In this document: piece by piece, positions 45,782-55,301 of the stretch
Layout: each line of letters starts with the position of its first letter
Position numbering within the stretch: the first letter of the stretch is position 1
DNA from: Coriobacteriia bacterium
GTDB lineage: Bacteria; Actinomycetota; Coriobacteriia; Anaerosomatales; SLCP01
Reading direction: 5' to 3'
Length of the DNA stretch: 64,000 nt
Assembly: GCA_019429145.1 (NCBI GenBank)
Contig: JAHYJI010000001.1
Span: forward strand, 2,535-66,534
Made by a program: the position numbers and the translations under genes
Notes under the pieces: generated by a model
Told to the model about the DNA's origin: nothing
Database searches by the model: none
What the model saw: the letters and a program-made list of their open reading frames with translations, nothing else

Positions 45782-47278
45782 TCAGTGAACGTATCCCCCC
45801 ACGTCGGACACAGTACCGGGAGCCGACGTCAACGCGGGGCCGAGCGTGTCGCCACTTCCATCGCTGTCCAACGCCGCGATGAAGGCGGTCACGACCTGCG
45901 GGTCGAACTGCGAACCTGCGCATGCCTTGAGTTCTGCCCGGCCGGCTTCAGCGGTCCTTCCGGCGCGATACGGGCGGTCGGCGATCATCGCCTCGTACGC
46001 ATCGGCGACCGCGAGAATGCGGGCAAGCAGAGGAATCCCGGCGGCCCTGAGGCCCGAAGGATACCCGGAGCCGTCCCAGCGTTCGTGATGGTGACGAACG
46101 ACCGGTGTGATGGGCCAGGGGAACGCCACCGGATCGAGGATGTTCGCGCCGATGAGTGGATGGTGTCGCATCCTCGACATCTCCTCACCGGTCAACGCGC
46201 CGGGCTTGAGCAGTATTTCCTCGGGGATCCCGATCTTGCCGATGTCGTGGAGGTAGGCAGCCATCTCGAGCGCCATGTGCTGATCGTGCGACAACTCCAT
46301 CTCCGTCGCGGTCAGCGTGGCGAAGTGAGCGACCCGGTCCGAGTGACCGCGCGTGTAGGGATCCTTCGCGTCCACAGCGGCGGCCAGCGAGCGAACGGTG
46401 GCAAGGTAGGAGTCGTGCAGGTCGCCGAAGGCCTCGATCGTGCCGATCGCAGTGGTCACGTGGTTGGCGATGGTCGCGAGCACCCGCACGTCGTCGCTGG
46501 CGAATCGCACGCCCTCGTCGCGGGTTCCGACCGTGACCGCGCCGATGGGTCCGTCGATGGACACGAGCGGCACGCACATCGCCGAGGTGACCCCGCTGAT
46601 CGTGTCGGCGTGCGCGCCCTCGTCATCGCGTGAGGGGTTCATGATGAGCGGCCTCGACTCACGCACGACCCAGCCCGCCATCGACGAACTCACCTGGACT
46701 TCACTCACGTCCGCAGTTTGCAGGCCGCGATGGGCACGGATCTCGAGCGCACCGGACTCGCCGCGAATCACCACAGAGCCGGTGTCCACGCCACAGACGC
46801 GCAAGGCCGAATCGAGCGCTGAATCCAGCAACCGGTCCAGTTCGAGGGTAGAACCGAGCAGTCGGCTCGATTCGTGAAGGGCAGAGAGGTCGAGGACCTT
46901 CCTGGCGAGACTCTCCTCGCGCTCGGCCAGCGCGAGCGCCATCCCGTTGAAACCCACCGCCAGCTCGCCGATCTCACGTTCGGCAGGGACCGCGACACGT
47001 ACCGAGTAGTCACCCTCCGCCACGCGACGCGCGCCCTCGGCCAGAGTGTGCAGGCGCGATGTCACGCGCCTGGCAACGAGTACGGCGATCACGGTGAAGA
47101 CGCTCGCCGAGAGCACGGTCCAGATGCCGAGCGCCAGCGCCACATCGAGACCTCCGGCGGTTCCGCCACGCGAAATCGCCAGCGCCAGGAGCAGCCCGGC
47201 CAGGCCCAGCAGGATCGCGGCCCCCACGAGCGGGGCGGCGATCCGCGTTGAGAGGGTGTTCGCGCGACGGCTGCTCAC
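45782..47278 (-). CDS. Membrane HAMP-GAF-HD-GYP protein (c-di-GMP phosphodiesterase type)
   Basis: 2 TM, HAMP, GAF, then HDIGKIGIP and HHERWDGSGYP (HD-GYP). Confidence 0.85.
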   Translation of the reverse strand: MSSRRANTLSTRIAAPLVGAAILLGLAGLLLALAISRGGTAGGLDVALALGIWTVLSASVFTVIAVLVARRVTSRLHTLAEGARRVAEGDYSVRVAVPAEREIGELAVGFNGMALALAEREESLARKVLDLSALHESSRLLGSTLELDRLLDSALDSALRVCGVDTGSVVIRGESGALEIRAHRGLQTADVSEVQVSSSMAGWVVRESRPLIMNPSRDDEGAHADTISGVTSAMCVPLVSIDGPIGAVTVGTRDEGVRFASDDVRVLATIANHVTTAIGTIEAFGDLHDSYLATVRSLAAAVDAKDPYTRGHSDRVAHFATLTATEMELSHDQHMALEMAAYLHDIGKIGIPEEILLKPGALTGEEMSRMRHHPLIGANILDPVAFPWPITPVVRHHHERWDGSGYPSGLRAAGIPLLARILAVADAYEAMIADRPYRAGRTAEAGRAELKACAGSQFDPQVVTAFIAALDSDGSGDTLGPALTSAPGTVSDVGGYVH

Positions 47279-47380
47279 GCCGGGTATCCCACAGGGGAAC
47301 GCGCCCCTTCGGTTCGACCCATCGCGCCCGTCACCGCGTGCCCCTCTCTCGCGCGTTCCGACCAGACCATTCTAGCATCG

Positions 47381-47414
47381 AGAGAGCCCCGGGCGACTCC
47401 GCCCGGGGCTCTCT
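47381..47414 (-). terminator. Terminator hairpin after the oxidoreductase operon
   Basis: A 15-bp stem agagagccccgggcg / cgcccggggctctct with loop actc, 25 nt past the beta-subunit stop. There is no U-tract. Confidence 0.45.
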
Positions 47415-47439
47415 GAAGGTGCGTGGCGAGTGCTCGCCG

Positions 47440-48387
47440 TTACAGCTCACCGCAGCGCTTGAGCAGGTACTCCCAGTAAGCATCGATGTCCGCCTGCACC
47501 TCGGAAAGCAGTTCCTCGTTGCCGGGCTGCAACAGATGGCGGAAACGACCCTGCGGCTTGAGAAACTCCTCGATGGGCTTGCGGCCCGCCTTGATCAGCG
47601 CTTTGCTCGGAGAGGAGAGCTTCCACTCGCCCTCCTCGACTTCGAAGAGCGGCCAGTAGGCGGTCTGTACGCCGAGCTTGGCGTGCTCGACCGACTTGTT
47701 GTACGCGCTGCGCCAGCCGCGCGGGCAGGTGGCAAGGACGTTCAGGAAGGCGGGGCCGTCGACCGCAAACGCCTTCTCGGCCTTGGAGGTGAGGTCCTTC
47801 CAGTGGCTGATCGAACCCTGCGCCACGTAGGGCACGCCATGAGCCGCGATGATCGACGTGAGGTCCTTGCGACGCTGCTGCTTGCCCTGCTGCGCCTTGC
47901 CGACCTCGGAGGTAGTCGCCCAGGCGCCCTTCGGCGTCGCAGACGAGCGCTGGATGCCGGTGTTCATGTACGCGCCGTTGTCGTAGCACACGTACACCAT
48001 GTCGTGTCCGCGCTCCATGGCACCGGACAGCGACTGCAGACCGATGTCGTACGTGCCGCCATCGCCGCCGAACGCCACGAACTTGACCTTCTTGTCGGCC
48101 GGGATCTTGCCGGCACGCTTCAGGCCCTTGAACGCCGCCTCCACGCCGGAGATCGTAGCCGCCGAGTTCTCGAAGGCGTTGTGGATGAACGGGACCTTCC
48201 ACGACGAGTAGGGGTAGATGGTCGTCGAGACCTCGAGGCACCCGGTCGCGCATCCTGCGATGGCCGGATCGGTGCCGGCTCCGAGCAGGATCTGCCGGAC
48301 GGCGATCGATGCGCCGCAGCCGGCGCAGAGCCGGTGGCCGCCCTCGAGGCGGTCCTCCCGGTGAGACAGTTCGCGCAGTGTGGCCAT
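47440..48387 (-). CDS. 2-oxoacid (pyruvate-type):ferredoxin oxidoreductase beta subunit (TPP-binding)
   Basis: Contains CAGCG, GGDGGTYDIG (TPP motif) and YDN.AYMNTG. Substrate specificity (POR or VOR) cannot be determined from the sequence. Confidence 0.9.
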   Translation of the reverse strand: MATLRELSHREDRLEGGHRLCAGCGASIAVRQILLGAGTDPAIAGCATGCLEVSTTIYPYSSWKVPFIHNAFENSAATISGVEAAFKGLKRAGKIPADKKVKFVAFGGDGGTYDIGLQSLSGAMERGHDMVYVCYDNGAYMNTGIQRSSATPKGAWATTSEVGKAQQGKQQRRKDLTSIIAAHGVPYVAQGSISHWKDLTSKAEKAFAVDGPAFLNVLATCPRGWRSAYNKSVEHAKLGVQTAYWPLFEVEEGEWKLSSPSKALIKAGRKPIEEFLKPQGRFRHLLQPGNEELLSEVQADIDAYWEYLLKRCGEL

Positions 48388-48399
48388 GTCCGCTCCCTC

Positions 48400-49587
48400 C
48401 TACCGCGCGCCAAGGTACACGGGGCCGTGCAGGGCCGGTGTACCGGTGGCGATGTCGGACAGGTCAGTGAATACGCTGCGGATGAGCTCGAGTTTCACGT
48501 CGCTCCCACCGAGGCCGTAGACGTAGTTGACTACGGCCGGCCGGTGCTCGGCGTCGTAGAGCGCGCTGCGGGTCTCGAGGTAGAGCGGGCCGCCCTCGGC
48601 GCCGAACGACTCGGCACGATCGAGCACGGCCACCGCCTTGACGCCCGCAAGCGCTGCCGCGAGTTCGGCGTAGGGGAAGGGCCTGAAACAGCGGACCTTC
48701 ACGAGTCCGGCCTTCACTCCCTCGGCACGCAGCTGCTTGGCGACGTGGCGCACGTTGCCCGCGGTCGAGCCGATGACGACGACCGCGACCTCCGCGTCGT
48801 CCATCATGTCGGTCTCGATCAGGCCGAAGGGGCGGCCGGAAAGTTCGGAGAAGGCCGCACCCACGCGCTCGACGACCGCCTTGGAGCGGTCGATCGCCTC
48901 GCGCTGCGAACGCTTGAACTCGAAGTACGGCCCGCCGAGACCGGCGAAGCTGCCGTGGCTGACCGGGTTGTCCAGATCGAGGAGCGCGTTGACGGGCTTG
49001 TACTCACCCACGAACGCCGAGACCGACTCGTCGTCCATGAGCTGAACGCGGTCGATGGAGTGCGTGGTGATGAAGCCGTCGAGGCACGTCATGACCGGCA
49101 GGAGCACCTCGGGGTCCTCCGCGATCGGGATGGACATGATCGTGTTGTCGTAGGCCTCCTGGGCGGTCTCGGCGAAGAGCATCACCCAGCCGGTGTCGCG
49201 CGCGCCCATCACGTCGGAGTGGTCGCAGTGGATGTTGATGGGCGCCGAGAGCGCACGGTTGGCGTTGGCCATGACAATGGGAAGCCGCATACCACTCGCG
49301 ATGTGGAGCTCCTCCCACATGAGCGCGAGACCCTGGCTCGAGGTGGCAGTCATCACACGGGCGCCGGCTGCCGACGCGCCGACGCACGCACTCATCGCCG
49401 AGTGCTCGGACTCTACGGGGACGTACTCAGCGTGGACCCTGCCCTGCGCCACGAACTTGGCGAACTCCTCGACGATGGTCGTCTGGGGAGTGATCGGGTA
49501 CGCGGGCACCACGTCCGGCGCGCACTGGCGAAACGCCTCCGCGACCACGCTGTTACCGGTAGTTGCTACCGTCTTCTGCTCGGGCAT
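48400..49587 (-). CDS. 2-oxoacid:ferredoxin oxidoreductase alpha subunit
   Basis: Contains YPITPQT..., ESEHSA and SSQGL.LM.E motifs. Confidence 0.9.
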   Translation of the reverse strand: MPEQKTVATTGNSVVAEAFRQCAPDVVPAYPITPQTTIVEEFAKFVAQGRVHAEYVPVESEHSAMSACVGASAAGARVMTATSSQGLALMWEELHIASGMRLPIVMANANRALSAPINIHCDHSDVMGARDTGWVMLFAETAQEAYDNTIMSIPIAEDPEVLLPVMTCLDGFITTHSIDRVQLMDDESVSAFVGEYKPVNALLDLDNPVSHGSFAGLGGPYFEFKRSQREAIDRSKAVVERVGAAFSELSGRPFGLIETDMMDDAEVAVVVIGSTAGNVRHVAKQLRAEGVKAGLVKVRCFRPFPYAELAAALAGVKAVAVLDRAESFGAEGGPLYLETRSALYDAEHRPAVVNYVYGLGGSDVKLELIRSVFTDLSDIATGTPALHGPVYLGAR

Positions 49588-49588
49588 C

Positions 49589-49924
49589 CTACTTCACCCC
49601 CGGGAGTTCGCAGCCCTCGGGAACCATGGTGATGGCTTCCACCGGGCACTCGTTCGCACAGATGCCGCAGCCCTTGCAGTGATCGAGATTGAAGGTCTCG
49701 GGATCGGCGGCGAGCTTCTCGTCGGCGACCCTGATCGCGCTGTCCGGGCAGAAGATCCAGCAGATCAGGCACTCCGTGCACGTCTCGGCATTGCGAACCG
49801 GACGCATGCTGCGCCAGCCGCCGGTGACGTAGTCACGGGAGTTGCCCGCGTCCGGGATCACCGCGCCGAGGGGGAACTGAGAGGACTTCCAGGAGTCCAT
49901 ATCGGAGATGTCCCACTTGCTCAT
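49589..49924 (-). CDS. 2-oxoacid:ferredoxin oxidoreductase delta subunit (2x[4Fe-4S])
   Basis: Contains CTECLICWIFCP and CKGCGICANECP. Confidence 0.85.
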   Translation of the reverse strand: MSKWDISDMDSWKSSQFPLGAVIPDAGNSRDYVTGGWRSMRPVRNAETCTECLICWIFCPDSAIRVADEKLAADPETFNLDHCKGCGICANECPVEAITMVPEGCELPGVK

Positions 49925-50496
49925 GCGGTGGTCACCTCCTCGTAAGCTCTGTCGACCGAGGCCAGGTTCGCGTCGATGATGTCCTGGCCGAACTTCTTAC
50001 CAAAGGTCTTGGCGAGCAGCGACTTGACCGAGTCGATCTCGACGGCGCCGGTGACCTTGGCCAGCGCGCCCACCATCGGCGTGTTGGGGATGTCGCGCTT
50101 GATGGTGTCCAGCGCGATGCCCGAGGCATCGACGCACGCGACCGTGATGCTGTCAGCAAGACCGAGCGCGCGCTTGATGGCATCCGGAGGCGTGCAGGTG
50201 TTGATGATGATGGTGCCGTCGGCCACAAGGCCCTCGGCCACGTCGACGACGTCCAGCAGCGTATCGTCGAGCAGGATGACCACGTTCGGGTTCTCGATGT
50301 TGCAGTGGATATCGATGGGCTCCGGGCTGATGCGGGTGAACGCCTTGATGGGCGCACCCATGCGCTCGGGCCCGTACTCGGGCATGGCCTGCATGTACTG
50401 GTCCGCCGCTAGCGCCGTCTCGGCAACCAGCTTGGCTGCGGTGACCGCGCCCTGGCCCGCACGGGCGTGCCAGCGTATCTCTGTCAGCTGCTGCAC
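49921..50496 (-). CDS. 2-oxoacid:ferredoxin oxidoreductase gamma subunit
   Basis: Contains EIRWHARAGQG (family motif EIR.hGRGGQG). The GTG start at 50496 is preceded by AAAGGGGAG. Confidence 0.85.
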   Translation of the reverse strand: MQQLTEIRWHARAGQGAVTAAKLVAETALAADQYMQAMPEYGPERMGAPIKAFTRISPEPIDIHCNIENPNVVILLDDTLLDVVDVAEGLVADGTIIINTCTPPDAIKRALGLADSITVACVDASGIALDTIKRDIPNTPMVGALAKVTGAVEIDSVKSLLAKTFGKKFGQDIIDANLASVDRAYEEVTTA

Positions 50497-50662
50497 TCGT
50501 CTCCCCTTTCTCACCGTACCGGCACGCGGTGTGTCTCACCGTGTGCGAAACGGACAGGTCCCACAAGGATATGGGTACCCCGACGGTGGACGGGCCCAAC
50601 GGGACGGTCAGCGGCTTCAGCGAATCGGTGAACGGCGGACAAAAACTGGTAATTGCTGCGCG

Positions 50663-51259
50663 CTACAGCTCTCGGCGGGCTTCCAGCGCACGGCCGAGGG
50701 TGACTTCGTCCGCGTACTCGAGGTCTCCGCCCACCGGCAGGCCGGATGCGATGCGGGTGACCTTCAGACCGAGCGGCTTGAGCATGCGCGCCAGGTAGAG
50801 CGCGGTGGTCTCGCCCTCAACCGTGGTGTTCGTGGCCACTACGACCTCGGTCACACTACCCCCGGACACTCTGTCGAGCAACTCGCGCACGCGCAGCTGT
50901 TCGGGCCCGATGCCGTCCATGGGCGAGATGACCCCACCAAGCACGTGGTACAGACCGCGGAACTCGCCGGTGCGCTCGATGGCCACCACGTCGCGGGGCT
51001 CCTCGACAACACACAGGAGTGTGGTGTCGCGCTCGGGGTCCGCGCAGACCTCGCACAGCTCCGCCTCGGCAAAGTCGAAACACCGCGGGCAGAAGTGGAT
51101 GGCGCTCTTCACCTCGAGAAGCGAGGCCGCCAGGCGTCCTGCGACCTCCTCGTCGGAGCGCAGTATGTAGTAGGCGATGCGCTGAGCCGACTTCGGGCCG
51201 ATGCCCGGAAGACGCTCAAGCTCTTCGAGGAGACGTGCGATCGGCGGTGCGTACAGCAC
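50663..51259 (-). CDS. recR: Recombination protein RecR
   Basis: LPGIGPKSAQR helix-hairpin-helix, CxxC-x..-CxxC zinc finger, and a Toprim domain. Confidence 0.95.
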   Translation of the reverse strand: MLYAPPIARLLEELERLPGIGPKSAQRIAYYILRSDEEVAGRLAASLLEVKSAIHFCPRCFDFAEAELCEVCADPERDTTLLCVVEEPRDVVAIERTGEFRGLYHVLGGVISPMDGIGPEQLRVRELLDRVSGGSVTEVVVATNTTVEGETTALYLARMLKPLGLKVTRIASGLPVGGDLEYADEVTLGRALEARREL

Positions 51260-51268
51260 GGCGAACCG

Positions 51269-51583
51269 CTACATCAGGCCGGGGATGTTCATGCCCCCGG
51301 TGACCGCGGCCATCTTGCTCGAGGCAAGCTCCTGGGCCTGACGGATCGCTTCGTTGACCGCGGCCGCCACCAGGTCCTCGAGCATGGCGACGTCATCCGC
51401 GTCGACGGTCGCGGGGTCGATCACGATGCGGTCGAGCTTCATGTCGCCGGTCATCACGGCCTTCACCGCGCCGCCGCCGACAGAGGCCTCGACGCTCGAC
51501 TCGGCGAGCTCCTCCTGCACGCGGGCCATGTCGGCCTGCATCTTCTGCGCCTGCTTCATCATGCTTGCCATGTTGGGCTTCAC
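51269..51583 (-). CDS. ybaB: Nucleoid-associated protein YbaB/EbfC
   Basis: 104 aa containing ..MMKQAQKMQ..M...QEEL. Canonical position between dnaX and recR. Confidence 0.92.
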   Translation of the reverse strand: MKPNMASMMKQAQKMQADMARVQEELAESSVEASVGGGAVKAVMTGDMKLDRIVIDPATVDADDVAMLEDLVAAAVNEAIRQAQELASSKMAAVTGGMNIPGLM

Positions 51584-51586
51584 GCT

Positions 51587-53377
51587 TCAGTCCTTTCCGT
51601 CTGGGTCGTTCGGGTGTTCCCCGATCACCTGCGCACCGAGCTGGTCGATGAGCATCCGTTCGATATCGTCTGTTTCCGGGGTCGGAGCCTCTGTCTCGAA
51701 CGGCTCCACATGCTCTGACGACGCTGTCGGCGCGGGCTCGTCCCCGCCGTCGACACGCGGGGTATCGACCAGCGCGGGCGACTCCCCGGTCGGCTCCTGA
51801 GCGGGAGCGCGGACGGGGCCGCGACCGAGCTGGAACCGGAAGGGCGGGGCTCCGCCGAGCACGGTCGCGAGACTGCGCCGCAGGAGCTGGGTGTTCTCGC
51901 CATCCGACGCCTGCCTCATCTTGAACGCAGCATCGGCCGGGAACTCGACGACGAGCGTCTCCCCGTCACCGTCCACGTCGACCTCGGTGCCGTCGAAGAT
52001 CGCCGCGCGGGGAGGCTTGAGCTTGCGCACCTCGGCGATCACGCCCGGCCAGGCGCGCTTTGCCCGTGCCCGGTCAAGGCCGCCCGTCATCGCGGTCGGC
52101 TCGACAACGGGTGGTGCGGGCGCCGGCTCCGGAGCCGCGACCGGCCCGGGGGCCGGGACGGGAACGGAGGGCTCGGGCTTGTGCTCGGGTGTCTGAATAA
52201 CGGCCGCCGGTGGGGACAGAGGTGTTAGCGACACCCCGGTCTCCAGCGCGGCGATGCGTTCGGCCAGCGCCTCGAGTGTGACCTCGCCTTGGGGTCGCGC
52301 GAGACGGGTGAGCGCGACTTCGAGAGCGAGACGCGGGTCGGGCGACCAGCGCAACTCACCCACCAGCTCGCCGAGCACGTCGAGCACCCGGGAGAGGCGG
52401 TCCGGACCGAAGGTGACTGCCTGACCTGTGAGGCGGGCGGCATCAGCGCTGGTCATGTCGATGATGCCCGTAGCGTCCCCGACCGCCGAGACCACGTAGA
52501 GGTTGCGGACGTGCCCGACGAACTCGCGGACGAACTCGGGGATATCCACGCCGGACGCGGAGATACGGGCAACGAACCGGAAGGCCGCGGCCACGTCGCG
52601 AGCCGCCACGAGGTCGGCGAGTTCGAAGAGCAGAGCGCTGTCCACCTCGCCGAGCAGGTCCTCGACGTCGTCGAGCGCGATGTCCCCGCCGGTGAAGGCC
52701 GCGAGCTGTTCCAGCGTCGAGATAGCATCGCGCATGCCGCCGCCGGCGTGTTTGGCCACGAGGGTCAGCGTACCCTCTGCCACGGTCATGCTCTCGCAGC
52801 CCGCGATGTGGGCGAGACGCTCGACGATGTCCTCCATGCCGATGCGGTGGAAGTCGAACCGTTGGCAGCGGGAGTGGATCGTCTCGGGCACCTTGTGGGG
52901 GTGGGTCGTGCACAGGATGAAGACCGTGTGCGACGGGGGCTCCTCGATACTCTTGAGCAGCGCATTGAACGCATGCGTCGAGAGCATGTGGACCTCGTCG
53001 ATGATGTAGACCTTCCAGCGGCCGCGGGTGGGCGCGTACGCGAGCCGCCCGATGATCTCTTCGCGGACGATGTCGACCTGGGTGCGCGACGCAGCGTCCA
53101 GCTCGTAGACGTCGGGGTGACGACCCTCCGTGACGTCGACGCACTGCTCGCACGTACCGTCGGGCTCGGGCGTGGGACCCTTCTCGCACTGGAGCGCCTT
53201 GGCGAGGATGCGCGCCGTGGTGGTCTTGCCGGTGCCCCGAGGGCCGGTGAAGAGGTAGGCGTGTGCGACGGTACCCTCGGCGACGGCGTTGCGCAGCGTG
53301 CGCGTGACGTGCGACTGGCCGACGACATCCTCGAAGCTCTGCGGCCGGTACTTACGGTAGAGGGACTGGTGGGCCAT
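51587..53377 (-). CDS. dnaX: DNA polymerase III subunit gamma/tau
   Basis: Contains LYRKYRPQ.F..VVGQ, GPRGTGKTT, and a zinc module (C..C..C). The C-terminal region is Pro/Ala-rich. Confidence 0.95.
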   Translation of the reverse strand: MAHQSLYRKYRPQSFEDVVGQSHVTRTLRNAVAEGTVAHAYLFTGPRGTGKTTTARILAKALQCEKGPTPEPDGTCEQCVDVTEGRHPDVYELDAASRTQVDIVREEIIGRLAYAPTRGRWKVYIIDEVHMLSTHAFNALLKSIEEPPSHTVFILCTTHPHKVPETIHSRCQRFDFHRIGMEDIVERLAHIAGCESMTVAEGTLTLVAKHAGGGMRDAISTLEQLAAFTGGDIALDDVEDLLGEVDSALLFELADLVAARDVAAAFRFVARISASGVDIPEFVREFVGHVRNLYVVSAVGDATGIIDMTSADAARLTGQAVTFGPDRLSRVLDVLGELVGELRWSPDPRLALEVALTRLARPQGEVTLEALAERIAALETGVSLTPLSPPAAVIQTPEHKPEPSVPVPAPGPVAAPEPAPAPPVVEPTAMTGGLDRARAKRAWPGVIAEVRKLKPPRAAIFDGTEVDVDGDGETLVVEFPADAAFKMRQASDGENTQLLRRSLATVLGGAPPFRFQLGRGPVRAPAQEPTGESPALVDTPRVDGGDEPAPTASSEHVEPFETEAPTPETDDIERMLIDQLGAQVIGEHPNDPDGKD

Positions 53378-53447
53378 CTGGGACCTTTCGCGCGCCGGAT
53401 TCCTGCCTTGAGTATAGCCGCCCCGACGACACCGCTGCAGACACGCG

Positions 53448-53560
53448 CAACGCCCCCGAGCGGGACCCGGACGCTCGGCAGAGGACGCTTATGGCTGCTT
53501 CCTTCCGGATCTGACCAGGTTCACGCCGTACCGCCGTCCGGACCCCGCTCGGGGGCGTCA
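53448..53560 (-). ncRNA. ffs: Signal recognition particle RNA (small/4.5S type)
   Basis: The minus strand contains CCUGGUCAGAUCCGGAAGGAAGCAGCCAUAAG, the conserved SRP domain IV motif. The ends pair extensively (GCCCCCGAGCGGGGUCCGGACG with CGUCCGGGUCCCGCUCGGGGGC). Its position upstream of dnaX-ybaB-recR is classic. End coordinates are accurate to about 5 nt. Confidence 0.8.
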
Positions 53561-53665
53561 GGTGCGGAGCACACAGTATACGTTCTGCCGGCCACTTCAA
53601 CCAAACGCGCTCGTCAAGTCGCATCCTGGGAACATTCACAAGTACCAGGAAGGGAGGCCTACACC

Positions 53666-54829
53666 ATGGATGAACGCAACCGTGAAACGCTCAACGCACT
53701 TGCCCGCCATGATAGCTGGCCCGCAGTCTCTGTCTACCTGCCGGTCCACCGCGCGGGCACCGACACCCAGCAGAATCCGATCAGGCTGAAGAACCTGCTC
53801 GCCCAGGCGGGCGATGCTCTCGTCTCGGGAGGGATGCGCTCCCCGGACGCCGAGGAGTTCCTGCGCGAGGCGTGGTCCCTGCAGCGCGACCCCGCCTTCT
53901 GGCGGGAGGGCTTCGACGGCCTTGCACTCTTCATCGGCGAGGAATCGTTCGAGGTGATCCGCACCTCCCGGCCGCTGCCGGAACGCTTGCGTATGGGAAC
54001 ACGCTTTCTGCTCAGGCCGCTCATGTCCGCACTCGCACCCGACATCACCTTCTACGTGCTCGCGCTCAGCAAGAAGCACGTACGACTCCTCGAGGGCACC
54101 CCCGAGGAGGTGCGGGAGGTCGATCCTCAGGGGATCCCCCAGGGACTCGCGGACGCGCTGAAGTACGACGACTACCAAAGGCAGGTACAGTTCCACTCCG
54201 GGACCTCCTCAGGAGCGACCGCCAACGGCCGGCGCTCGGCCATGTTCCACGGGCACGGTGGCACCGGGGAGACGGAGAAGGACGACCTGCTCCGCTACTT
54301 CCGACTCGTCGACGAGGGGCTCAGGGAGCTCGTTCCTGCTGACGTGCCTCTCGTGCTCGCGGGAGTCGACTACCTGCTGCCGATCTACCGTGAGGCGAGC
54401 ACTCACGCACGTCTGATGTCCGAGAGCATCACGGGCAACCCCGACGAGGAGCCGGCACGCGAAATCCACGCCGAGGCCCTCGCACTGCTCGAGCCATACC
54501 TGAACGCCGACCTGCGCAGGGCGGTGGAGGCGTACGTCGAGGGTCGTGGCGGCACCACTGTTACCGCAGACCTTCGGCTCATAGTGCCTGCTGCGCTCGA
54601 AGGGCGTGTCGACACGCTCATCGTGACCGATCAGGACACGGCATGGGGCTCCTACGACAGCGCTGCCGACAACATGGTTCTGCGCTCGGAACCCCATAAC
54701 GGCGACATCGACCTGCTCGACCACGCCGCAGCGGCGACGCTGCTGCACGGCGGTACCGTACACGTGCTACCCGCAGAGGAGGTGCGCCGGGCCACCGGCG
54801 CCGACGCCGCGGCGGTGTTCCGTTACTAG
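53666..54829 (+). CDS. Hypothetical protein resembling bacterial eRF1-like (baeRF) release-factor-family proteins
   Basis: 387 aa. The N-terminal ..SVYLPVHR.G....QNPIRLKNLL.. and central ITFYVLALSKKHVRLL pattern matches my recollection of baeRF families. The ATG at 53666 is preceded by GGAAGGGAGG. The upstream 1.4 kb of the listed ORF is antisense to dnaX and was discarded. Confidence 0.5.
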   Translation: MDERNRETLNALARHDSWPAVSVYLPVHRAGTDTQQNPIRLKNLLAQAGDALVSGGMRSPDAEEFLREAWSLQRDPAFWREGFDGLALFIGEESFEVIRTSRPLPERLRMGTRFLLRPLMSALAPDITFYVLALSKKHVRLLEGTPEEVREVDPQGIPQGLADALKYDDYQRQVQFHSGTSSGATANGRRSAMFHGHGGTGETEKDDLLRYFRLVDEGLRELVPADVPLVLAGVDYLLPIYREASTHARLMSESITGNPDEEPAREIHAEALALLEPYLNADLRRAVEAYVEGRGGTTVTADLRLIVPAALEGRVDTLIVTDQDTAWGSYDSAADNMVLRSEPHNGDIDLLDHAAAATLLHGGTVHVLPAEEVRRATGADAAAVFRY

Positions 54830-54889
54830 AAGCCCGTTTCGGAGATATCCCCCGCATAACAGCAGTCCCTTCGGAGAGGCGGTACCACT

Positions 54890-55294
54890 GTGACGAAGAT
54901 CGTGCAGCTCTACCTGCTCACCACCGTCGTCTTTTTCGCCATCGACTTCGTGTGGCTGTCGACCGTCGCCCAGAGCTTCTACCAGAACCAGATCGGACCG
55001 CTGCTCAAGAGCCCGTTCAACCTGCCCGTTGCGGCCGGCTTCTACCTCTTCTACATCGTGGGCATACTCGTCTTCGCCGTCATCCCGGGCATGGACAAGG
55101 GCGGCCTTGTCGACGTGGTGTGGCGCGGTGCGTTGTTCGGCGCTCTCGCGTACGGCACCTACGACCTGACCAACCTCGCCACGCTGGAGGGCTACACGTG
55201 GCAGGTGGCCGCGGTCGACATGGTGTGGGGCACCGTGCTCACGGGCACCGTCTCGGCCGCAGGCTACTACATCGCCCGCTGGTTGAACGTCTGA
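54890..55294 (+). CDS. Small 4-TM membrane protein (DUF2177-like)
   Basis: 134 aa with four hydrophobic segments. Contains FFAIDFVWL... and YGTYDLTN. Confidence 0.55.
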   Translation: MTKIVQLYLLTTVVFFAIDFVWLSTVAQSFYQNQIGPLLKSPFNLPVAAGFYLFYIVGILVFAVIPGMDKGGLVDVVWRGALFGALAYGTYDLTNLATLEGYTWQVAAVDMVWGTVLTGTVSAAGYYIARWLNV

Positions 55295-55301
55295 GTCCGC
55301 G

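Noticed and set aside
47248-49632. 794-aa plus-strand ORF spanning the oxidoreductase beta, alpha and delta genes
   Set aside because: It is antisense to three genes with clear TPP and Fe-S signatures. It crosses gene boundaries and has no family resemblance.
51587-53377. Looked for a dnaX programmed frameshift or slippery A-run producing a gamma subunit
   Set aside because: I saw no A AAA AAG-like heptamer or poly-A tract in the gene on the coding strand.
52289-53665. N-terminal 459 codons of the 846-aa plus-strand ORF
   Set aside because: This part is antisense to dnaX and crosses the SRP RNA. A strong SD plus ATG at 53666 begins the part with protein-like sequence.
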